NCBI GenBank assembly: GCA_044229975.1
Contig: JBGARZ010000009.1
Location: 91,947 to 155,946, forward strand
Origin: Polyangiales bacterium
GTDB lineage: Bacteria; Myxococcota_A; Polyangia; Polyangiales; Ga0077539
Length of the DNA stretch: 64,000 nt
Direction: 5' to 3'
The notes under the pieces were generated by a model. The model saw only the letters and a program-made list of their open reading frames with translations, was not told the DNA's origin and ran no database searches. Positions 7,077 to 15,038 of the stretch are shown here, piece by piece. Position numbers and translations under genes: made by a program. Positions within the stretch are counted from its first letter, which is position 1. Each line of letters starts with the position of its first letter.

Positions 7077-10000
7077 ATGATCAACCGATATGACTGCGCG
7101 CGGGTTCAAGAAGAGCTCGCGGCGCTGGCCGATGACGCCATCCCGGAAGAGGCCGCCGCGCACCTGGCCGGGTGCGACGACTGCCGCGACCTGCTCCACG
7201 ACGCGCGCATCGCCGCCCAGACGCTGCGAGGCGGAGCGGGCGCGGACTTCGTCGCGATGGACGGCGACGCGCTCGCCGCGAAGGTGCTCAGTGCCATCGA
7301 CGGGCGGATGTCGAAGGCGACGCCCGTGCACGGGACGCCGATGGCGGTGACCGTCGCGCAGACCTCACCCCCCAGCCCTCTCTCCCTGGCAGGAGAGGGG
7401 GAGCCGAAGGGAGAGGCACCTCTTCCCGTCGCTGTTCCTACGGCCGTTGCCTCTGCCTCTGGCTCCCCCTCTCCTGCCAGGGAGAGGGGGTTGGGGGGTG
7501 AGGTCTCGCCCCCAAAGGCGAGAGGTGAGGTCGCCCGTCGACGCATCGGCGCGTCCATCTGGGGCGCGGGGTTGTTCGCGGCGGCGGCGTCCGTGGCGGT
7601 CGTGGTGGTCGCGATGCGCGGCCCGTCGACGACACCCGCCAACGCGCCCGATGGCTCCTCGCCCGAGACGCCGCGCGGCCCCGTCGGGCCGTGGCACGCG
7701 ACGCTCGGCCGGGCGCTCGGCGCGGGCGTCGAGGTGAAGGCCGCGGGCGCGTCGGACTTCGCCGCGCTGCGTGAGCGCGGGGTCATCGGGCAGGGAGCGA
7801 CGGTACGCACCGACGCCCGCACCCGCGCCCGCATCGACCTCGACGACGGCACCGTGCTCGTCCTCGATCGCGCGACCACGCTGGTGCTCGACCCGAGCGC
7901 GCCACGCCACGCCCGCATCGTCGAGGGAACCCTCGTCGCCGACGTCGCCCACCGCGACGACGCCCCGCCCGCGGTGCTCACCACGGCGCAGGGAGACGTG
8001 CGGGTGCTCGGGACGAAGTTCGCCGTGAGCGCGTCCAACGATCACACCACCGTGCAGGTCACCCGCGGCGTGGTGCGGCTCGGCCAGGCGTCGAGCGACG
8101 GCGTCGAGGTGAAGACCGGCCAGGAGGCCGTGCTCGCCCGCGGTCAGGTGAGCGTGTCGCCGGCCGTCAACCTGGGCGGTCGCGTGGCGTGGTCGGAGCT
8201 CAACGCCCCCGACGACACCACCACCAGCTCCGGCCTCGGTGAGCTGCGCGCGCGCCGCCCCGGCAGCACCGCCGAACGCGATCAGGCCGTGCACCTCGCC
8301 GAGCATCAGGTGCGCGTTCGCATCGTCGGCAACGTGGCGCGCACCGAGATCGAGGAGGTGTTTCGCAACGACACGGGCAGCGAACTCGAAGGGCTCTACC
8401 GCTTTCCGCTGCCGCCCGAGGCGCAGGTGGAAGAGCTCGCCCTCGACGTCGACGGTCGCATGGAACCCGGCGCCTTCGTCGACCGCGACCGCGCGGCGGC
8501 CATCTGGCGCGGGGTCATCCACCACGCGGCGCCCAACACGCCGCCGCCGAGGGAGGAGTACGTCTGGGTGCCTGGTCCGTGGCGTGATCCGGCGCTGCTG
8601 GAGTGGCAGCGGGGTGGGCGCTTCGAGCTGCGGGTGTTTCCCATCCCGGCACGCGGCGCGCGGCGCGTGCGCATCGCGTACACGCAGACCATCGCGCCAT
8701 CGGGCGGCGGACTGCGGCGCTACGTCTACCCGCTGCCCCACGACCCGGGGGGGAGCACCCGCGTCGATCACATGAGCATGGACGTGCAGGTGCTCGGCCA
8801 CAGCGGGACGCAGCCCGCCCGCGTGCTGGGCTACCCCTTCGCGGCCGCCGACACCTCCGCCGCGGCCTCGCGGTGGACCTTCGCGCGCGACAACTTCACC
8901 CCGTCGGGCGACGTGGTGATGGAGTACGCGCTCGGCGACGCGACCGTGCCGGTGACGGCCTGGGGCTACGCCGAGCCGACCAACACCGAAGGGGCGTACG
9001 TGGCCCTCGCGCTGCGACCGCAGCTCCCGCGCTGGGGCGAGGCGAGGCCGCGGGACTACGTCTTCGTGGTCGACGCGAGCCGCTCCATGGTGGGCGAGCG
9101 CTACGCCCGCGCGACCCGTCTGCTCAGCTCCATCGTCTCGGAGATGGACCGCCGCGATCGGCTCACGGTGCTCGCCTGCGACGTTCGGTGCGTGGCGATG
9201 CGGGAGGGGATGGTCCCGGCGAGCGCGGAGGTGTCGCGGCAGGTGAGCGGGTGGTTGCAGGCGCGCGAGCCCGCCGGCGGGAGCGACCTCGGCGCGGCGG
9301 TGCGGGCGGCGGCGAGCGCGACGCGTTCGACCCCGGACGACCGCGACGTGCGCGTGGTGTACCTGGGCGACGGCGCGTCGACGGTGGGCCACCGGCGCCC
9401 GACGACGCTGGCGCTGGAGGTGACGACGGCGCTGCCCGCGCGCAAGGCGACGTTCACCGCGGTGGCGGTAGGAGCAGAAGCGGACACCACGACGCTCGCG
9501 GCGATGGCGCGGGCGGGTGGTGGGGTGGTGGTTCCGTACCTGCCGGGCGAGGCGAGGACGGGGGCGGCGCTCTCGGTGCTCGAAGCGACGTATGGGGCGG
9601 TGCTGCGCGACCCGGAGGTGACGCTGCCGTCGGGGCTGGTGTCCATGGCGCCAGCGCGACCCGACAACCTGCGCGCGGGCTCCGAGGCCGTCATCACGGC
9701 GCGGATGCTCCCCGGCGTGCGCGAGGTCGAGGGCGAGGTGGTGCTCCGCGGAACGGTCGCCGGCGAAGCCTTCGAGGCGCGCTACCCGATCACGGTGCGG
9801 GCGACGGAGGACGCGGGGAATGCGTTTGTTCCGCGGCTGTTTGGCGCGGCGCGCATCGCTGATCTCGAAGCGGGCGGCGAGCCCGGCGCGCGGGCCGAGA
9901 TGGTGGCGCTGTCGCAGCGGTTTCACCTGGCGAGCCGGTACACGTCGCTGCTGGTGCTGGAGAGCCCGGCGATGTTTCGCGCCTTCGGGGTGGAGCGCAC

Positions 10001-11450
10001 GGCGGGCGGCGTGACGTGGACGGGCGAGACCGAGGCGCTCGCGACGGGCGCCACGGCGACCACGGCCGATGCGAGCGGCGAGGAGGAGCAGCGCACGGCC
10101 GCGGAGGACAACGCATCGACCGAGGCGCTCGGCGGCCTGGCGGCGGCGCACGGCCGCGGAGGCGCGGCGAGCGAACGAGCGTCGACGGAGCCGGAGCCCG
10201 ACATGGTCGAAGCGCCCCGTCGGGAGAACAGCGCGGGGTACGGCCATGTCCAGCAGGTGCCGGCGACGACGACGACGATGCCGCGGCCCGCGCCGGTGGT
10301 CGCGGCGGCGCCGGCCGCGCCTGCGGCGATCTCACAGGCCAACAGCGGGATGCTCGACAACGACGACCTCCAGCGGAGAGGTCCGGCGGCGGCGGCGACC
10401 CGGATGCGTCGCGACGTGGCGGTCGATCGACCGTGGGCGGGAGGCGGTCGCTGGATGCGACGGACGTGGGTGCGTCACGCGGCGGTGAGCGCGCCGGTCG
10501 TGTCGGCGGAGTCGCTGCGGACGCGCATCGAGGCGGCGCGGCGCGCGCTCGGGGAGAACCCCAACAGCCGCGATCGTCACCGGGAGTTGTTCCGGTGGCT
10601 GTCGCTGGCGGGCGAGCTCGACGAGGCGGCGCGGGTGGCCGAGGCGTGGATCGCGCGCGACCCGCTGGACGCCGACGCGCTGATGCGGCTGTCGGACGTG
10701 GCGGCGCGGCGGGGCGATCGTCTGCGGGCGATGCGCTGGCTGGGCGGCGTGGCGGACGTTCGGCAGGACGACGCGCTGCTGCTCGACCGGCTGGCGATGA
10801 TGCACGCGCGGGCCGGGGACGCCGAGACGGCGTGCGCGTACCGGGTGGCGTCGGCGGAGTCGCGGAGCAGCGACGCGACGAAGGTGGCCGAGGCGGTGCG
10901 GTGCGAGCGGGCGCTGGGGCGCGAGATGTTCGCGGGGCGGATGCTCGATCTGTTGACGGACGCGGCGCAGCGATCGCGGGCGGAGTCGCTGGCGATGGGC
11001 AGCGGGGCGGACGTGTTCGCGAGCGTGCGCGGCGAGCTGCTGGCGCAGGCGACGTGGGACGTGGGGGTCGACCTCGACGTGGTGTTCATTGATCCGAACG
11101 GGGTGCGCGTGTCGTGGCAGGGCGGCCGCGCGGGGACGACGGTCAACGAGCCGATGGGCAACGGGCGCGAGTCGCTGGCGCTGGGTCGGCTGGCGACGGG
11201 CGACTGGCGGGTGGAGGTGGTGCGCACCGACCGCGAGGTGACGGGCGCGCAGGACGAGGACGACGCGACGCCGCGGACGGTGGTGCGCGGGAGCGTGACG
11301 CTGACGGCGCTGGGCGAGCGGCGGGTGCTGCCGTTTACGCTGACGGGGACGCGCGCACCGGTGGGCCGCGTGGTGGTGACGCGGGAGGAGCAGCTGGTGC
11401 CAGCGGGTCCGCCGCCGCCGGGCGCGCAGTTGGAGATGAGGCGCTGGTAG
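7077..11450 (+). CDS. Giant anti-sigma factor: zf-HC2, TM, FecR, VIT, vWA and TPR-like C-terminal region
   Basis: 1457 aa. N-terminus has the zf-HC2 motif (C..HLAGCDDC). A TM helix (IGASIWGAGLFAAAASVAVVVVAM) follows. Then a FecR domain (GATVRTDARTRARIDLDDGTVLVLDRAT), a VIT domain (VRIVGNVARTEIEEVFRNDTGSELEGLYRFPLP), a vWA domain (DYVFVVDASRSMVG...VVYLGDGASTVG), and helical repeats plus a beta-rich tail. Confidence 0.8.
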   Translation: MINRYDCARVQEELAALADDAIPEEAAAHLAGCDDCRDLLHDARIAAQTLRGGAGADFVAMDGDALAAKVLSAIDGRMSKATPVHGTPMAVTVAQTSPPSPLSLAGEGEPKGEAPLPVAVPTAVASASGSPSPARERGLGGEVSPPKARGEVARRRIGASIWGAGLFAAAASVAVVVVAMRGPSTTPANAPDGSSPETPRGPVGPWHATLGRALGAGVEVKAAGASDFAALRERGVIGQGATVRTDARTRARIDLDDGTVLVLDRATTLVLDPSAPRHARIVEGTLVADVAHRDDAPPAVLTTAQGDVRVLGTKFAVSASNDHTTVQVTRGVVRLGQASSDGVEVKTGQEAVLARGQVSVSPAVNLGGRVAWSELNAPDDTTTSSGLGELRARRPGSTAERDQAVHLAEHQVRVRIVGNVARTEIEEVFRNDTGSELEGLYRFPLPPEAQVEELALDVDGRMEPGAFVDRDRAAAIWRGVIHHAAPNTPPPREEYVWVPGPWRDPALLEWQRGGRFELRVFPIPARGARRVRIAYTQTIAPSGGGLRRYVYPLPHDPGGSTRVDHMSMDVQVLGHSGTQPARVLGYPFAAADTSAAASRWTFARDNFTPSGDVVMEYALGDATVPVTAWGYAEPTNTEGAYVALALRPQLPRWGEARPRDYVFVVDASRSMVGERYARATRLLSSIVSEMDRRDRLTVLACDVRCVAMREGMVPASAEVSRQVSGWLQAREPAGGSDLGAAVRAAASATRSTPDDRDVRVVYLGDGASTVGHRRPTTLALEVTTALPARKATFTAVAVGAEADTTTLAAMARAGGGVVVPYLPGEARTGAALSVLEATYGAVLRDPEVTLPSGLVSMAPARPDNLRAGSEAVITARMLPGVREVEGEVVLRGTVAGEAFEARYPITVRATEDAGNAFVPRLFGAARIADLEAGGEPGARAEMVALSQRFHLASRYTSLLVLESPAMFRAFGVERTAGGVTWTGETEALATGATATTADASGEEEQRTAAEDNASTEALGGLAAAHGRGGAASERASTEPEPDMVEAPRRENSAGYGHVQQVPATTTTMPRPAPVVAAAPAAPAAISQANSGMLDNDDLQRRGPAAAATRMRRDVAVDRPWAGGGRWMRRTWVRHAAVSAPVVSAESLRTRIEAARRALGENPNSRDRHRELFRWLSLAGELDEAARVAEAWIARDPLDADALMRLSDVAARRGDRLRAMRWLGGVADVRQDDALLLDRLAMMHARAGDAETACAYRVASAESRSSDATKVAEAVRCERALGREMFAGRMLDLLTDAAQRSRAESLAMGSGADVFASVRGELLAQATWDVGVDLDVVFIDPNGVRVSWQGGRAGTTVNEPMGNGRESLALGRLATGDWRVEVVRTDREVTGAQDEDDATPRTVVRGSVTLTALGERRVLPFTLTGTRAPVGRVVVTREEQLVPAGPPPPGAQLEMRRW
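7361..7506. repeat. MITE-like element with ~41-bp near-perfect terminal inverted repeats, inserted inside the anti-sigma CDS
   Basis: Left arm gacctcaccccccagccctctctccctggcaggagaggggg (7361-7401). Right arm ccccctctcctgccagggagagggggttggggggtgaggtc (7466-7506) is its reverse complement with about 3 mismatches. The ORF reads through it as a Pro/Ser/Gly/Glu-rich linker. Confidence 0.75.
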
Positions 11451-11466
11451 ACGGGCGGGTGGGGAC

Positions 11467-11487
11467 GGGGACGGTTTCAGCTTTTCA
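11467..11487. repeat. Left copy of a 21-bp inverted repeat (ggggacggtttcagcttttca) bracketing a ~3.5-kb insertion
   Basis: Its reverse complement occurs at 15011-15032 (gtgaaaagctgaaaccgtcccc), 21/22 identical. A 21-mer match is not expected by chance in 64 kb. Confidence 0.75.
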
Positions 11488-11571
11488 ACTTGTTAGGGCG
11501 CCGCAGCAAAGTGCTCGGGCTGAACGGGCGTAGGGTGTCCAGCGCTCGCCAGAGCTCCCAGGCAGTCGGGC

Positions 11572-12084
11572 ATGCAACTCGCGACCAACGTGACGAAGGT
11601 GTTGAAGGAGACGGCCGCCGCCTTGAAGGGCAGCGAACGTCGGCGGTTCATGGCGCGGACGGTGCGCGACCTGTTCGACGGCGTGATGAACCGAGCCGTT
11701 CGCGCGCTCGACTGGGACGAGCGGACGTTGCGCAAAGGCAAGAACGAGCTGCGCTCCGGGATCGAGTGCCTCGACGGTCGCTCCGGCGGCGGACGTCCGA
11801 CGGCGCAATCGCGACTGCCGAACCTGATGCGGGATCTGCGCGACCTCGTCGATGGTCAGAGTCAGACCGATCCGCGCTTTCAAACGCAGCGGCTCTACAC
11901 ACGCATCACGTCGGCCGAAGTCCGTCGGCAACTCATCGCGCAGAAGGGGTACACGGACGAGGAGTTGCCGTGTGAGGAGACGATCCGCGTCAAGCTCAAC
12001 GACCTGGGATATGGGCTGCGCGCCGTGGCCAAGACCAAGCCGAAAAAAAGGTCGCCGCGACGGACGCCATCTTCGAACAGATGA
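11572..12084 (+). CDS. Transposase orfA (N-terminal part of frameshifted ISAzo13-like transposase)
   Basis: 170 aa. Ends 3 codons after an A7 run (12043-12049, cgAAAAAAAgg). Confidence 0.6.
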   Translation: MQLATNVTKVLKETAAALKGSERRRFMARTVRDLFDGVMNRAVRALDWDERTLRKGKNELRSGIECLDGRSGGGRPTAQSRLPNLMRDLRDLVDGQSQTDPRFQTQRLYTRITSAEVRRQLIAQKGYTDEELPCEETIRVKLNDLGYGLRAVAKTKPKKRSPRRTPSSNR

Positions 12085-12794
12085 GTCGTGAGCGGGCGAC
12101 GGCCGCGCGTTCGCCCAACGTGCTGGAACTGTCGATGGACGCCAAGGCCGTCATCAAGGTGGGGGAGTTCTCTCGGTACGGCGTCAGTCGCGTGCTGGTG
12201 TTTGCGCTCGATCACGACCACGGGGCCGAGGCGAAGGTGACGCCGTACGGCATCCTGCTCACAGCCCACAACGAGCTGACGGTGTCTCTGGCGACGGGGC
12301 CCGTCACGGCGGACTTCATCGTCGATCGGATCGAGGCGTGGTGGTGCGCTCACCGGGCGCGCTTTCCGGAGGTCGATACGCTCCTTTTGCTTCAGGACAA
12401 CGGGCCCGAAAACCAGAGCCGTCGCACACAGTTTCTGTCGCGGATCGTGGCCTTTGCGCAGGCCCATCGGATCAACGTACGCCTCGCCTACTACCCGCCG
12501 TACCACAGCAAGTACAACCCCGTGGAGCGCTGCTGGGGCGTCCTCGAACAGCACTGGAATGGGAGCATCTTGGACACCGTGGAGACGGTCGTGAACTTCG
12601 CTCAGACCATGACCTGGAAAGGGGTCGCGCCCGTCGTGCAACTGGTCACCACGACGTACGCCAAGGGGATCTCGCTCACGCGTGCGGCGATGGCGAAAGT
12701 CGAGGCGCAGGTCCAGCGTCTCGCGGGCTTGGAAGCGTGGTTCGTGGAGATCCTCTGCGCGCCGAAGGCCGTGCGGGGCGACGGAGCGCACTGA
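12081..12794 (+). CDS. Transposase orfB (DDE catalytic part, in -1 frame relative to orfA)
   Basis: 237 aa with DHDHGAEAKVTPYG...LLLQDNGPEN...YYPPYHSKYNPVERCWGVLEQHWNG. Overlaps orfA by 4 nt. The -1 frame is open from the A7 run, so orfA and orfB together give about 400 aa. Confidence 0.6.
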   Translation: MSRERATAARSPNVLELSMDAKAVIKVGEFSRYGVSRVLVFALDHDHGAEAKVTPYGILLTAHNELTVSLATGPVTADFIVDRIEAWWCAHRARFPEVDTLLLLQDNGPENQSRRTQFLSRIVAFAQAHRINVRLAYYPPYHSKYNPVERCWGVLEQHWNGSILDTVETVVNFAQTMTWKGVAPVVQLVTTTYAKGISLTRAAMAKVEAQVQRLAGLEAWFVEILCAPKAVRGDGAH

Positions 12795-12835
12795 ACGCAC
12801 CAGCACCCCGACGAGAAAACTGCGACGCCCTTACT

Positions 12836-13131
12836 GGGAGCACCGGGTCTCGCCCGCGGATGGACTCCAGGTCGCCGATGAGGTCGCTGCCTCCGTAGAG
12901 GCCGATGCCGTAGAGGTTCTCGCCGCCGCGGTTGCGGAAGAGCGTCCCGCGCGCGGCGTTGACCAGCAGCCCGAAGCGCTCGCTCGCGGAGACCTCGTTT
13001 TCCACGAACTGCGTGTCGCCGCGGGTGCCGTTGAGGTGCATCCCGTCAGCCATGGTGACGCTCCCGCTCGACGTCACCAGGCGTGCCCATGAGGGTCCGC
13101 GAAATCGCTGTCGACAGTGACCATGGCGCAT
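12836..13131 (-). pseudogene. Possible 5' remnant of a gene truncated by the IS insertion
   Basis: Minus-strand ORF (MADGMHLNGTRGDTQFVENEVSASERFGLLVNAARGTLFRNRGGENLYGIGLYGG...) reads protein-like and has high GC. It runs uninterrupted into the right end of the IS, so its original C-terminus is missing. Confidence 0.3.
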
Positions 13132-13227
13132 GCGCCCACCATCAAGGCGTCACCCACCGGACCGCTGGTGACCGTAGCGAGAAGCGTTCTGGCGAGCGAG
13201 GCGGGGCGCGGCTCGATCAGGTGAGCG

Positions 13228-14541
13228 TTACCGAACCCGGATGATCCAATTCACGCTGGCGTTCAGGGGACGACTCTCGCCGCCACCCGCAGCCTGGACT
13301 GACACCGTAACGGGAAGGGGATGACGCGAAACACCCGCGTTACCGTTGTCGTGAAAGTTTCCGCCGGTCGAAAATCCATTTCGCATCTCGCTATTTCCAA
13401 TCGCTGTGCTCGAAAACGGATTTCCTCCCATCACCGCTGACGCCCCATGGTTGTGTGACCCGACCGCGCCAGACTGAACCGTGCCGACCGCGTCACCGCT
13501 CCGTCCTCCCGCTGCCATCGACGTGCGCCCGCCGCGATCTGGGTCACGTCCTGCGTTTAGATCTGCGCCGCGCAGGAAGTAGCCTCGGTAGTCAGGAAGG
13601 TTGAAGGTCAGAGCGTCTGGGGTGCCATGCGCGGTACCGATGGCCGTAAAAAGCCCAGGATAGCCGGTTCGAGAGAGGGGTCGGCCGTCGCAAAGCAACC
13701 AGCCCGAGGGAGGCGTGTCGCCCGCAAACGCAACAACTCCCCCGATCGGTGTCGTGACAGGTGGAGGCGCATCAACCTCCGCCGCCTCTGGGATGATAGT
13801 CACTAGAGCCCCACCCCCGGTCGAAACGACCAACTGCGCAGGGGGGGCAAAGATCCGCCGTCCTGGCGCAGCGCTCGGCGAACTTGCTACGCGTCGGCGA
13901 CACGACATTGACAGAAAGGAGTTGCCGATCATGGTCAGCTGACTCCTGGGTCCGGTAGGTTGATTCCGGCGCGCGTCCCAAAGTTCGCCAGCACACTGGA
14001 ATGCGTCATCGGGAATCACGCGAACGTCCTGAAGGCCGATGCCCGAAGTACCCGGGCCGTTATATGACAGAGCAAGCGTGACCAGATCCGATTCGCTCCC
14101 TGAAATGGTGCGCCTGAAGTGTAGTCCTTGTCGCTCCGCCTCGACGCAAGCTCGATAAGCTTGCATCGCATCAGGCGAGATGGTTTGGGTGAGCAGATCC
14201 TGCTCTTGCGCGGACATACTACGAGTGTCCGAGTTGGTGCACAGCGATCGCGCCAATGTCTCCAACTGAGCATACGACATACGAGCATCGACTCCGAAAA
14301 ACGGAGCGTCGACCATCACGCTTGCAGCGACGTTGGTTTGCGATAGTGACTGGTACGTCGAGCACATCGACTGCACCGCGGAGGAAGCTTGCTGCGCCGT
14401 ACTGCGGGTTCGGACGGAGTTGTACACCCCGAGCCGGAGTTGATCGACGCACGATGTATTGAGATTGTTTTGCGCACAGACCTCCACTGAGGAGATGAAT
14501 AGTGCCAGAGCTGTTACTATGGCGATTCCGAACTTGTTCAT
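13228..14541 (-). CDS. Secreted protein with C-terminal phage tail-collar domain (MdpB / tail-fibre-like)
   Basis: 437 aa. Signal peptide MNKFGIAIVTALALFISSVEVCAQ. C-terminus has the tail-collar motif (FAGDTPPSGWLLCDGRPLSRTGYPGLFTAIGTAHGTPDALTFNLPDYRGYFLRGADL...GSHNHG). GC is markedly lower than the flanks (many AT-rich stretches between 13.2 and 14.9 kb). Confidence 0.7.
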   Translation of the reverse strand: MNKFGIAIVTALALFISSVEVCAQNNLNTSCVDQLRLGVYNSVRTRSTAQQASSAVQSMCSTYQSLSQTNVAASVMVDAPFFGVDARMSYAQLETLARSLCTNSDTRSMSAQEQDLLTQTISPDAMQAYRACVEAERQGLHFRRTISGSESDLVTLALSYNGPGTSGIGLQDVRVIPDDAFQCAGELWDARRNQPTGPRSQLTMIGNSFLSMSCRRRVASSPSAAPGRRIFAPPAQLVVSTGGGALVTIIPEAAEVDAPPPVTTPIGGVVAFAGDTPPSGWLLCDGRPLSRTGYPGLFTAIGTAHGTPDALTFNLPDYRGYFLRGADLNAGRDPDRGGRTSMAAGGRSGDAVGTVQSGAVGSHNHGASAVMGGNPFSSTAIGNSEMRNGFSTGGNFHDNGNAGVSRHPLPVTVSVQAAGGGESRPLNASVNWIIRVR

Positions 14542-15010
14542 TCGCTACTCCGAAGATTGAGTGTTGCACTGGGAGCTTTGATCAGAGACCGACGCTAGTT
14601 GGTCGTCGCACAGGAGTCTTCAGCCGAGCGCACGGAATGTGATGTTGTGTGCACCGAAGTCGAGCACCATGCCTTTGGTATGGACTCAGCAGCCACCCGT
14701 AGCTCGGTGGTAGTCCGCTACGGGCTTCGCCGTCAAGTCCTCAAGTGAGCACGCGACCATCGCTCCTGACAAGCGAAAGTACCAAGTGCGTCTGAGCTTC
14801 TGGCGATACGTCGCAGCCGCAATGCTTCGCCCCCGCCACGCGCCACCTTCCCCCTACCTACGCGACAGCGACGATCGGCTCTTCGCCAACGTAACCCTAC
14901 CCATGTGCCCGCTTGGCGACGGCCGCTCCACGACACAATGATCGCTCTACCATTGGGTCTGGCGAGGCCGCGAAAACAGGTTCAGCTTTTCGCCTCTGCC
15001 CCAGCACAAC

Positions 15011-15032
15011 GTGAAAAGCTGAAACCGTCCCC
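15011..15032. repeat. Right copy of the 21/22-bp inverted repeat. A partial third copy (ggttcagcttttc, 14969-14981) forms a local hairpin with it
   Basis: gtgaaaagctgaaaccgtcccc is the reverse complement of 11467-11487. 14969-14981 can pair with 15013-15026 to give a 13-bp stem. Confidence 0.7.
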
Positions 15033-15038
15033 TCCCCC

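Larger units (their letters stand above)
11492..12834 (+). mobile_element. ISAzo13-family-like insertion sequence (~1.34 kb)
   Basis: Imperfect terminal inverted repeats gttagggcgccgcag (11492-11506) and ctgcgacgcccttac (12820-12834; 13/15 after reverse complement). Encodes a two-ORF transposase whose YYPPYHSKYNPVERCWG block resembles DDE_Tnp_ISAZ013 (Rhodopirellula transposase) family proteins. Confidence 0.6.

Noticed and set aside
7365-10247. 960-aa minus-strand ORF antisense to the anti-sigma gene, plus nested ORFs 7106..8038, 8603..9862 and 10016..11092
   Set aside because: Extremely Arg/Gly/His-rich. The sense frame has clear FecR, VIT and vWA domains. The PLSLAGEGE-like stretches appear only because the inserted element is palindromic.
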